Both the position numbers and the translations under genes were made by a program. A stretch of DNA of 64,000 bases, from assembly GCA_963720465.1 (NCBI GenBank), contig OY970393.1, forward strand, positions 736,001-800,000. Direction: 5' to 3'. Origin of the DNA: Methanobacteriota archaeon. GTDB lineage: Archaea; Halobacteriota; Bog-38; Methanoflorentales; Methanoflorentaceae. Each line of letters starts with the position of its first letter. Position 1 is the first letter of the stretch. The notes beneath the pieces are model-generated. The model worked only from the letters and a program-made list of their open reading frames with translations, did not search any database and was not told where the DNA came from. Positions 54,774 through 64,000 of this stretch are shown here, in pieces.

Positions 54774-55701
54774 ATGGGAAAGATCTGCGACGATCTCACC
54801 AAGACCGTTGGCAATACGCCTCTGGTCAGATTGAATAGAGTTACTAAGGGCCTGGATGCAACTGTCGTTGCCAAGGTTGATACTTCAACCCCCTAGGAAG
54901 CGTCAAAGACCGAATAGGCGTGGCCATGATCGAAGCAGCCGAGAAAGAGGGCATATTAGAGATGACACCATTATCTTGGAGCCGACGAGTGGAAGTACCG
55001 GCATAGCTCTAGCCTTCGTCTGCGCTGCTAAGTGCTACAAGCTAGTTCTGGTTATGCCTGAGACGATGTCGATCGAACGGCGCAAGCTTCTCAAAGCGCT
55101 GGGGGCGGACTTGGTGCTGACTCCGGGCCCCTTAGGAATGAAAGGGACAATTGCGACTGCAGAAGATATGCTGGCCAAGAACCCGAGCTACTATTACCTT
55201 CTCCAACAGTTTAGGAGTCCTTCCAATCCAGAGATTCACAAGAAGACTACTGCCGAGGAAATATGGCGCGATACGGACGGCAAGGTCGACATAGTAGTGG
55301 CAGGTGTGGGCACGGGCGGAACGATCACGGGCATTGCTGATATGATAAAGTCCCGCAAGAGCGGCTTTAAAGCTATTGCCGTCGAGCCTGCCGCGTCCCC
55401 TGTTCTGGAGGGCGGAACGCCAGGACCTCACAAGATACAGGGAATCGGTGCAGGCTTTATTCCGGATGTTCTGCGGCTAGATCTGATTGATGAGGCCATC
55501 CCGGTAACAAATGGAGATGCCTTCGCTACATCCCGCAGACTGGCCAACGAGGAAGGATTAGTCATAGGAATATCGTATGGGGCCGCAACCTAGGCTGCTT
55601 TGAAGGTAGCCGCAAGACCTGAAAACAAAGGTAAGCTGATAGTGGTAATACTTCCCGATACTGGCGAGCGATATCTCAGCACAGAGCTCTTCGAGATTTA
55701 A
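54774..55701 (+). pseudogene. cysK: Cysteine synthase A; frameshift near 54880 and TAG at 55591
   Basis: [43 protein letters not shown]. Confidence 0.93.
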
Positions 55702-55713
55702 GAGGTGGCCGGA

Positions 55714-55797
55714 AGATAAACATTAGAGAGGATATCCAGACGGTTTGCTAAAGATCCTACTGCCAAAACCACTTTAGAGGTTATCACTTGCTATCCG
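55714..55797 (+). pseudogene. cysE: Serine O-acetyltransferase, N-terminal fragment
   Basis: IREDIQTV / AKDPTAKTTLEVITCYP directly after cysK, then truncated. Confidence 0.7.
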
Positions 55798-55974
55798 CCT
55801 GCAAAAGCAACACGTAAAGCAAAGATCGAATGCCCTACAGATAAGAGTCTAGCTCCGCACTATGCAGCGATGCTTCTATGATCAGCCTACGGAGGGCTGT
55901 GCTTTCCGCCTACTGTATCAACTTGCCGCCTTAGCAACTCTTCTTGTGTTGTGAGCTTCTTTTTACACGCGTCT

Positions 55975-56718
55975 TTAAAACAATACGTTTACCGGAATCC
56001 CCTCCCTCTCGAAACCTCTCTTCAACTCGTCGCCCTTTTCAGCAAAGAACCGATCCTCGATAGCCCACTCCAGGTTGTTTTCCCGGTAGATGCGGTTTGC
56101 ATAGTGATAGTTCAGCCGGTCCACCAGGACGAAATCAACGGCACCCGCAAGTTCGCGAGGCAGCCTTTCAGCTCCGGGCAGGAGCGGAGCGATCATGACA
56201 AAAGTCTTGATCCCTTCGGCATGAAGCGATTTCAGGGCATTGATCCGTTCCTTGATCATCGAGGCCCCTGGTTCAAAGATCCGTCGGATCTTTTCCTCAG
56301 CCGTAGTTATGGAAAAGCCGACCTCCACTTTCCTAGATGTTTTAAGGATGTCGATATCTCGCAGCACGAGAGTGGACTTAGTCTGAATCGTTACCGGCCA
56401 ATCGCTCCCCAAAAGGATTTCAAGACATTTCCGGGTCAGCAGGTACTTCTTCTCTGCAGGTTGATACGGATCGCATACACCGCTTACCCAGACCCTCCCC
56501 ATTGGCTTCCTTGTTATTTCCTTCGCTAACAGCTCCGGAGCATTGATCTTGACGTCAACAAACTCGCCCCACGGTTCCCGGTGACCGGTGAACCGCTTCA
56601 TGAACGCAGCGTAACAATATCTGCAGGCATGGCTACATCCCCTATATGGGTTCATGGCGTAATCATAGACCTGGGATTTCGAAAGGACGGATTTTGCAGA
56701 TATTTCTTGGATCTTCAT
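55975..56718 (-). CDS. Radical SAM protein (spore photoproduct lyase-like family)
   Basis: NPYRGCSHACRYCYA, DPYQPAE, TKS. Confidence 0.9.
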   Translation of the reverse strand: MKIQEISAKSVLSKSQVYDYAMNPYRGCSHACRYCYAAFMKRFTGHREPWGEFVDVKINAPELLAKEITRKPMGRVWVSGVCDPYQPAEKKYLLTRKCLEILLGSDWPVTIQTKSTLVLRDIDILKTSRKVEVGFSITTAEEKIRRIFEPGASMIKERINALKSLHAEGIKTFVMIAPLLPGAERLPRELAGAVDFVLVDRLNYHYANRIYRENNLEWAIEDRFFAEKGDELKRGFEREGIPVNVLF

Positions 56719-57154
56719 TCGATCTCATCATATTTAGCGCGGGATTCGCACTACCGTGTTTGTCGGAGAAGTCGTTGCGACACGCAGTGAGCCGCAAAAG
56801 GCGGAGTACCTGTATGTCACGTCGAATTACAAAATATTTAGCTTGGAGGGCGCAGAAGTCCCTTTGGGCGATCACAAGCAGTAACCTAAGGCACGGGCGA
56901 TGTTAAGTTGGCAGGAACGGTTCCTACAGCCAGAAGACGAGGACGAAGTCAGCTCAGAGATCTAGCTTCGTGGACCGAGATGGGAACATCCATTCGCGTG
57001 AGTTCCTTTCGGAAGATCGGTCGCTGTGTCGAATTGAGCCTTCAAAGCGTTCAGTGTTAATAGGTCGGTCCCAGCCTCAACAGGAGGACTATAACCTAAT
57101 AAAAGCTTGTTCGCGAAAAAAGGAGGAACGCCTACCCTTTCAGTACACCTTTAT

Positions 57155-57295
57155 TCAGGTCCACTCGTGGCCTTTTTCACACCTGTGCTTCCCTTCGTGC
57201 TTTGCGTCTTCGTGCGAGCACACAATCTCGCCACCACACTCAGGGCACGTGACAGTGCACTTAATGATTTCATTTTGCTCGTCATCCTCTGCCAT
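57155..57295 (-). CDS. 46-aa Cys/His zinc-finger-like peptide
   Basis: C...CPECG...C...H...H.C..GH.W; gaggtg SD and tttata TATA. Confidence 0.7.
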   Translation of the reverse strand: MAEDDEQNEIIKCTVTCPECGGEIVCSHEDAKHEGKHRCEKGHEWT

Positions 57296-57585
57296 TGTTC
57301 CACCTCTTGGACTACTAATTAAAGCGTAGTAGAGTATAAAGTAGTGTGGTAAATTCAGCTACCCTTGGCGGTAATCAGCAGGTACCCCCATCTTTCTGTT
57401 ACATTATACCGAGGCACTGTCGACTCGAAGTGAACCCAGATGGGTGCATTATCTAACTCAGGATGCGCTGCAAAAAAAGCCGAGCACGTGCCCGCAAATG
57501 TGTCAGGTGGATTCTCAGAGACCCACAGCAGCGTTTCAATGCTTACGGCAATAGCGATTTAAGTCTAAAAAAGGAGTTTAGCATA

Positions 57586-58113
57586 ATGAATTTTAGAGTG
57601 AGACGATGCTTAACGCTTCTTTTCTTTGTTTTTCTTATTGTAGTGAGTGCTTTAGTTAACGCACAAATAGGGATAGGCGTTTCACCAGCCCGTATTGATT
57701 TCGGCACGGTCGTACGTGGAGGTAGTGTAGAGCGAGACGTGATACTCTACAACACCGGCGGCAATTCGACGCTCGCTTATTCTATCAACTTCACGAATGT
57801 TACGAATACGAGCGGACAGCTAAGCGCGAGCCCAGCAAGCTTGACAATCGCTCCAAACTCAAACGTAACGGTGGCCGTGAGGCTTGACGTACCGAGCGAC
57901 GCCAAGGACGGCAATTTTAGCTCAAGCATGCTCATTAATACGTCGTCGGCGGTGCGCCCAGCGCTACGTGCTAACATCACTTACACAGTCCAAGGTAACG
58001 CACCTGCACAAACAGAGCAAGGCGTAGACGTGCCTCTCGTTGCTGGGGCTCTTGGAGTCTTTGCGCTCGTGGCTATTGGAGCGGTTTATGTTATCTTACT
58101 AAGGGGAAAATGA
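57586..58113 (+). CDS. Secreted Ig-like protein with a C-terminal TM
   Basis: Signal peptide, GIGVSPA.IDFG, many N-x-S/T sequons. Confidence 0.8.
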   Translation: MNFRVRRCLTLLFFVFLIVVSALVNAQIGIGVSPARIDFGTVVRGGSVERDVILYNTGGNSTLAYSINFTNVTNTSGQLSASPASLTIAPNSNVTVAVRLDVPSDAKDGNFSSSMLINTSSAVRPALRANITYTVQGNAPAQTEQGVDVPLVAGALGVFALVAIGAVYVILLRGK

Positions 58114-58454
58114 AGACCAGCACTCATACCGATATTGAAACGACACGCGAGGCTATTGCTGACGGTGAGATACAGCAACATTTGAGTAGAGCATGCGTAA
58201 GGTGAACCGCTTGAGATGCTTCACGAAACAGAGTATATCGCCATTCACTTAGCACAAATCGTAATACTTTGACGTCATCCGACTGAATTCAGAAAAGCAA
58301 AAAAGCAAAAACGCCGGAGCGGCCATAATCATTTCACAAAATGATGATAGCAGCATGATCTTAACGACGTCGAAAGCGCCAAATGTATAAAGTCCGCCGC
58401 ATACAATAACAGTCGGTACACGCTGAGCTAGGCGGTTAAGGAGGCGCTCTGTTT

Positions 58455-58598
58455 ATGACGGCTATGATACCGCAATGTTATTTCTGTAAGCTCCACGAAC
58501 AAGGTATAAAATGCGCCAAATACGACCAAATCGCCCCCGAAATATTGGTTAATCAAAGGAACTGCCCGTTCAAAGAAGATACCGACCCGAATGGGTAA
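58455..58598 (+). CDS. 47-aa Cys-rich peptide
   Basis: aaggagg SD; PQCYFCKLH...C....I.PEI......CP. Confidence 0.55.
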   Translation: MTAMIPQCYFCKLHEQGIKCAKYDQIAPEILVNQRNCPFKEDTDPNG

Positions 58599-58926
58599 AC
58601 GATGACCGACAACGATAATAACCGATTATAGCGGTTATTATAACAAACTATGGAAAGAGGGCGTAATTGAAACGCCGTTTTATAAAACGGCGAATGAGCG
58701 GTATAACGACGTATATGTTGGCGTTACTCGACAAGCCGCAAAGCAATATAAGAACACGATTGTGCGGAGGCTCACGAGTTCGCATCATGGTTTTTTGACA
58801 TTACCCTCATCATCTGGGCGATTATAAGGTTGTACGAACAGTTCAGATGGGATATGACCTCCAAAACCATGGCCCCGTTGGAACTTCCGATGGGTCCTAG
58901 TTTGCATGGGCTCAAACCTTATTGGA

Positions 58927-59757
58927 TTAATGATTAATTACCTGTAGCCATTTTGGGTATTTTTGTGCCCACAATAGCTCGAAAGTAGAGGTGAGATACC
59001 CGGCGTAAGCTCGGTCATCAATCCAAAGCACAGTAAGGGGGTTGCCTCGCGAGACTAGTCGGACGTCGCCGTTAATAACGCTAAAACAGGTCTTTGTATT
59101 TGATACTGCAAAAGATAGCCCGTGGTAGTGATCTAAGTAGCGCATATCTGCACCTATGTCCAGGAATTCCTGTACTGGTTCTACCGGTTCGATCCCAGTA
59201 CACGGCGCATCTTTACACGAAATATCTGCGATACCCCGTATGTAGACGCCACGTGCCGCGACTTCTTTCCATGCTTCAGTCGCGCCGCCAAATAAAGATA
59301 GCACCCTTGCAGGAAAGACAAAGACGCCCTCGTCCTTTATTGAGCCCGCACTAGACAGAGACGTGGCTACAAGTTCTTTCAAGTTTTTAATGATGTTGAA
59401 TGTGGCAACTTCCTCAACGGGGGGAAACCGCTGCTGCTTTGAAAGCTCATGCAGCTCCTGCTTTCGCGCCTCCATCTCACGCAGTTCGCTCTCACGCTTC
59501 TTTAGCGGAGTCGAGCGCCGCGTCGAGGTCGACAGCAGTGTAAATTGTGGGTGAATCAAGCGACGGACGCACCATGACCTTCTCGATGAGGCTAATGAGT
59601 GTCCGACGCGCATCCTCTCGGTACGTCTTCAACGACTTAGCGAGAGGGGATGGGGTTTTAGGCCCGTACTTGAGCAAATGGAGGTAGAGCTGTGCCTCTT
59701 TTTCGCTAAGCCCAAAATCAATCAAGCGGCGGTGAATTCGTCATCAGTGGTCGTCAT
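58927..59757 (-). pseudogene. TrmB-family transcriptional regulator, frameshifted
   Basis: LIDFGLSEKEAQLYLHLLKYGP wHTH; C-terminal YL.STFELLW. Confidence 0.85.
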
Positions 59758-59930
59758 TGATCACAATGTAAGTGTGTAAAACACAGATATAGGTTAGCTT
59801 AACGAAGGGTGGTCAAGCACGCAATGTTGAGCGTTACGGGGGGGGCAATCCACTGCGTCAGTAACACTGAGCCCTATCCTTAAACGTGGTCGGATCTTAC
59901 TGTGCGGGTCTTCTCGCCTTCCCGTTGTCC

Positions 59931-62030
59931 CTAAGTTGCGAGCTTAAGTAACCGCGAGTTGACCGCGACGATAACAGTGCTTGCTGACATAAGCACCGCA
60001 CCTGCAGCTGGCGTCAGTATGATGCCAAAGGGATAGAGGATACCCGCCGCGAGCGGTATAGCAACGGCGTTGTAGCCAGTCGCCCACCCAAGGTTTTGCA
60101 CCATCTTCCGATACGTGCTGCGCGCCAACCTCACAATAGCGACGACATCGAGGGGCGTGTTCCGCACGAGGATGACGTCACCTGCCTCTACCGCCACATC
60201 TGTGCCCGCCCCGATCGCAATGCCCACATCAGCCTGCGCGATCGCAGGAGCGTCGTTGATGCCATCACCGACCATGGCGACAACGAGACCGCGGGACTGC
60301 ACTTCCTTTACTTTCACCACCTTGTCCTGCGGCAGAACCTCGGCAAAGTACTCGTCAAGCCCCACCTCATCTGCCACCCACTGCGCCACCTGCCGGTTGT
60401 CGCCAGTGAGCATCAGGCTGCGTATACCCATCTCGTTGAGCGCAGCAATCGCCTGCTTCGATTCAGGGCGAATTATGTCGGCAAGGGCAATGGCGCCGGC
60501 TACTACCTCATCGATGACCACGAACACCACTGTTTTGCCCTGGGCAGTTAGTCGCTCAATTCGCTCATCGGTGACCGTGAGACCCTGCTCCTTCAGGTAT
60601 CCTGGACTGACAACCCGTACCGGCTTGCCATCAACTGTACCTTGAACGCCTTTTCCCGGCAGCGCCTTGAACGCTTCAACCTCCAGGGATGCCGCCGGTT
60701 GTGCTGACGCAGCTACTCCCTGGGCGATCGGGTGCTCAGAGCGTTCTTCAAGCGCTGCAGCATACGACAAAAGGGCGTTCTCGTCTGTGTCACCGGTGAA
60801 GGTAACGACATCCGTCACGCCAAAGCGTCCTTCTGTCAGCGTTCCTGTCTTGTCAAAAATGACGGCCTGCACATTTCTCGCTTGCTCGAATGCGGCACGA
60901 TTTCTAACGAGGAGCCCGTTTTGGGCTCCAAGAGCTGTCGAAATAGCGACGACCAACGGTATGGCAAGCCCCAACGCGTGCGGACACGTAATCACCATCA
61001 CCGTCACCGCGCGCTCAAGACCAAAGTCGACGCTCGTTTTGATGAGCAGCTCCCACACGAGAAACGTGAGCCCTCCGCCGACAAGAGCGATAATGACGAG
61101 TGCCAGCGCCGCACGGTCAGCCAAGTCCTGCGTCCGCGACTTGCTCTCCTGTGCCTGCTTCACGAGATCGATAACCTGTGAGAGGAACGAATCTTTGCCC
61201 GTCTTCTCGACCTCCACCGTGATGGCACCTTCCCCGTTGATAGCCCCCCCGATGACTGTTGCACCGGCCTTTTTAGTCACCGGCGTTGACTCCCCGGTGA
61301 GCATCGATTCGTTTACCAAGGTCGCGCCATCAACGACCTCGCCGTCAGCAGGAACCTTCTCGCCTGGCTTCACGCGGACGTAATCCCCAACGATGAGTGA
61401 GTCCAAAGGAACGTCGCGCACGCTTCCGTCGGGAAGCAGTTTGTGGGCGTCAGAGGGCATGATCTTCGCCAGCTCTTCAAGCGCGTTCGACGCCCCCAGA
61501 ATAGAACGCATTTCGATCCAATGACCGAGGAGCATGATGTCAATTAGGGTGCTGAGCTCCCAAAAGAGCACACCGCCACTTAGCCCGAACGTGATCGCCG
61601 TGCTGTAGAGGTACGCCGTGGTGATGGCGACAGCGATGAGCGTCATCATGCCAGGGAGTCGCGCCCGCAGCTCGTTGACAATCCCCTTCAGGAAGGGATA
61701 GCCGCCGTAAACGTACACAAACGATGCTAAAATGAAGAGAACGTATTGATCGCCGGGGAAGCGGAGCGCTCCATTGAGGCCTGCAAACGATTGAATTGAG
61801 GGGGACAGGAGCAGGATTGGTATGGTGACGATGAGCGACACCCAGAACCGTCGTCGGAAATCGGCTACGTCGTGACCCGCGTGGCGAGAGTACGTCGGTG
61901 CCCCTTTTTCCGGTGCTGGGTGCGATGGGCCGGCATGGGCACCGTGCTCTGCGTGGTTATGCCCTGCCGCGTGCATCGCTTCTTGCATTCCGTAGTCTTC
62001 GTGTCCTTGGTGGGGATGCTTACCGTTCAT
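59931..62030 (-). CDS. copB: Copper-exporting P1B-type ATPase with a His-rich N-terminus
   Basis: CPHALGLA, DKTGT, TGES, HP, GDGIND, MSAST. Confidence 0.93.
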   Translation of the reverse strand: MNGKHPHQGHEDYGMQEAMHAAGHNHAEHGAHAGPSHPAPEKGAPTYSRHAGHDVADFRRRFWVSLIVTIPILLLSPSIQSFAGLNGALRFPGDQYVLFILASFVYVYGGYPFLKGIVNELRARLPGMMTLIAVAITTAYLYSTAITFGLSGGVLFWELSTLIDIMLLGHWIEMRSILGASNALEELAKIMPSDAHKLLPDGSVRDVPLDSLIVGDYVRVKPGEKVPADGEVVDGATLVNESMLTGESTPVTKKAGATVIGGAINGEGAITVEVEKTGKDSFLSQVIDLVKQAQESKSRTQDLADRAALALVIIALVGGGLTFLVWELLIKTSVDFGLERAVTVMVITCPHALGLAIPLVVAISTALGAQNGLLVRNRAAFEQARNVQAVIFDKTGTLTEGRFGVTDVVTFTGDTDENALLSYAAALEERSEHPIAQGVAASAQPAASLEVEAFKALPGKGVQGTVDGKPVRVVSPGYLKEQGLTVTDERIERLTAQGKTVVFVVIDEVVAGAIALADIIRPESKQAIAALNEMGIRSLMLTGDNRQVAQWVADEVGLDEYFAEVLPQDKVVKVKEVQSRGLVVAMVGDGINDAPAIAQADVGIAIGAGTDVAVEAGDVILVRNTPLDVVAIVRLARSTYRKMVQNLGWATGYNAVAIPLAAGILYPFGIILTPAAGAVLMSASTVIVAVNSRLLKLAT

Positions 62031-62286
62031 CGTCAGCTTCAGATCGCCTGCTTTTTTAATCGTCAGACGTTACATAGTTTCCCCTGTCTTAGCTCTGAGA
62101 CAAAGCGAGAGACCGGACCACTGAGCAAGTATTTATTGTGGCCGGCGTCTACCTGTGGGGGGCACTTTGGCGCGGTCGCTACCGGAGCGCCTGACGATCA
62201 GGCGTCGCAGGAGCGCAGGGGTTTGGCAAAAAAAGTGGTAACGCTCGCCATGAAATTGCAAAGCGGGTAGCGCGCGTTAAGAGGCT

Positions 62287-63063
62287 TTACCCGAACCAGC
62301 GAAGGAGTGGAAGAAAAACCCATTCCCATCCGGGAGCGACGTACCTGCGCCTGGGCCACCGGGATTCCACAGCTTTCACCACTTGTCTTGCGATGCTCCA
62401 CGTGCTTGGTAACTCGAGCTTCATGACCCACTCCCCCTTGCGGCGAACATACGTCATGTGATCTTTGTACAGGCTCTTTGCGCCCATCCACTCGTATTTC
62501 TGCGACATGAAGCGCTCATTGAAGCCTGTCTTGTACACCCCAGGGTTGACGATGATGACTTTGATGCCAAAGGGTTTCAACTCCGTTCGTAACGAGGACG
62601 CAATGCTCTCGAGTGCGAATTTGGTGATCCCATAGGGCGCGTAAAAGGGCGTGGGAGTAAGCCCTGCCATTGAGCCCATAAATATAACCCTCCCCTCGCC
62701 CTTTGCGATGAGCTTCGGCACGACTCTTTGTGTTAACCGTAACACTGAAAACACGTTGGTCTCACAGACGGCCTTAACTCTTTCAAGATCTATTTCTACT
62801 AAAGGCCCTGAATCGCCGATCGCTGCATTGTTGATTAGGACGTCAATATCCCAGTTATCTACTTTGTTGACGTCGCTCGATTTCGTTATATCAAGTGTGT
62901 CTACTATGAAGTTCTCGCCACACGACTGCAAGGCGGTTCGCACGTCATTGACCGAGATCTCACGGTGAACGGTTGCATACACCGTGTGTCCTCTTTTCAG
63001 GAGCCGGCAGGCCACATCGAGCCCTATGCCGCCCCTGCAGCCTGTTATGAGAATGCTTGCCAT
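62287..63063 (-). CDS. Short-chain dehydrogenase/reductase
   Basis: TGCRGGIG, NNA, YGITK. Confidence 0.92.
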   Translation of the reverse strand: MASILITGCRGGIGLDVACRLLKRGHTVYATVHREISVNDVRTALQSCGENFIVDTLDITKSSDVNKVDNWDIDVLINNAAIGDSGPLVEIDLERVKAVCETNVFSVLRLTQRVVPKLIAKGEGRVIFMGSMAGLTPTPFYAPYGITKFALESIASSLRTELKPFGIKVIIVNPGVYKTGFNERFMSQKYEWMGAKSLYKDHMTYVRRKGEWVMKLELPSTWSIARQVVKAVESRWPRRRYVAPGWEWVFLPLLRWFG

Positions 63064-63373
63064 GCGACACGGATCGCCTCTCTGGTACTATTTTCACGGC
63101 ATGTATAAAGCTACGTCGCACCCAGTAATGCTCGCGCAAATTTGCGCTCGGTAGACGACTGATCGGTTGTGGTGCGAGCTTAGTCTATTTTCGGCTGTGC
63201 GCGTACCCAGATTTCCCGCTAAACATCGTGCCGTTCGCGGAGTTTATTCTTCAATTGCGCTTGGAGAGAACAAGCGCCAACTAGGACAAACGCCGTTCCC
63301 TACGCGAATGCATCGATTTGTCGCTCGTTCCGCGCGCAGATCTTTCATTTCTTGAACTCCAAACTCCAAGACC

Positions 63374-63763
63374 ATGAAAACCAAAACCCTTCACCAATCG
63401 GTTTTACTGAAAGCAACGCCTCACGAGGTCTACGAGGCCCTAATGGATTCTAAGAAGCACACAGCGTTTACTCATTCCCCAGCGGTTATACGTAGGGAAG
63501 TTGGAGCTGAGTTCAGTGCCTTCGACGGCTGGGCCTCTGGAACGACCATTGAACTGATTCCAGACAAGAAGATCGTGCAAAAATGGCGAGCCTCTGACTG
63601 GCCCCCAGGTCATTATTCCACGGTGACGTTCGAGCTGCAGGCGGAAGGTCATGACACCAGATTAGATTTTACCCAGGCCGGTATCGCTGAAGATCTTTAT
63701 CCAGATCTCAAAGCTGGGTGGGTCGAATACTATTGGGACAACCTAGCGGCTTATTTTGGCTAA
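63374..63763 (+). CDS. SRPBCC/Aha1-like protein
   Basis: EVYEALMD, KKIVQKWR..DW, GW..YYW. Confidence 0.9.
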   Translation: MKTKTLHQSVLLKATPHEVYEALMDSKKHTAFTHSPAVIRREVGAEFSAFDGWASGTTIELIPDKKIVQKWRASDWPPGHYSTVTFELQAEGHDTRLDFTQAGIAEDLYPDLKAGWVEYYWDNLAAYFG

Positions 63764-63855
63764 CACATTGAAACTGCGGCCACGCTCCGTTGCAGCAGAG
63801 TACTGCTCCTTATCCAACAAGTCGAAAATACCTCGTGCCTCGGAAGCGCTTCTTC

Positions 63856-64000
63856 CTAACTCCGCGCCAATATGCCTCGCGTTGAATAGAGATAAACAGT
63901 AGGTGCTAAGTTAGCGAAAATGAGCGTGAGAGCAGCTCCGGAAATACCGATCAAGGGAATCAAAACCACGTCTAGGCTGATGAGCACTGCCAGCGCAAGA
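63856..64000 (-). CDS. 3' end of a probable flippase (Wzx-like), running off the window
   Basis: LDVVLIPLIGISGAAL motif. Confidence 0.5.
   Translation of the reverse strand, partial: LALAVLISLDVVLIPLIGISGAALTLIFANLAPTVYLYSTRGILARS

Noticed and set aside
12032-55593. Amber recoding (pyrrolysine) suggested by in-frame TAGs at 12032, 12697, 42914 and 55591
   Set aside because: Three fall at likely Trp positions (TGG to TAG) in genes that also have frameshifts, and TAG ends intact genes (8771, 36866, 37840)
60096-61383. Long antisense ORFs over copB (similarly over acs, thiM, msrAB and the PQQ protein)
   Set aside because: Shadows of GC-rich coding strands with no recognisable motifs
1-64000. 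Integron cassette array
   Set aside because: Genes lie on both strands, no recurring RYYYAAC...GTTRRRY attC sites were seen, and the recombinase is not IntI-like
1-64000. CRISPR array (scattered ATTGAAAC words)
   Set aside because: No regularly spaced repeats and no cas genes
1-64000. Common CTAG/TTAG junction motif
   Set aside because: Breakpoints cannot be defined without comparison genomes, and tetramers are expected by chance

Overview
Archaeal accessory region, most likely from a hydrogenotrophic methanogen of the Halobacteriota (archaeal type II GAPDH, F420-linked FdhB plus MvhD, DUF2111, DUF2769, TrmB, archaeal TATA promoters; the lineage is inferred). It is not an ordinary operon landscape but a fine-grained mosaic. 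Intact metabolic and stress cassettes (fdhB-mvhD, fumC-sdhAB, satP-acs, thiME, msrAB, copB, cyclophilin, cupredoxin) are interleaved with many truncated or frameshifted genes and 50-160 bp slivers of sequences that recur elsewhere in the window. The recurring scaffold is one element family: a small ORF (possibly AbrB-like), then the 3' half of tRNA-Val(CAC), then a tyrosine recombinase. It is present once as a contiguous but decayed unit (11540-12834) and as five clear and two doubtful remnants. There are also two candidate structured RNAs, each supported by two diverged copies: a 72-nt element with switch-like alternative folds, and a covarying ~140-nt leader in front of two DUF2111 genes whose coding sequences are 100% identical. 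No CRISPR array, rRNA, complete tRNA or intact transposase was seen. All alignments and folds were done by eye.
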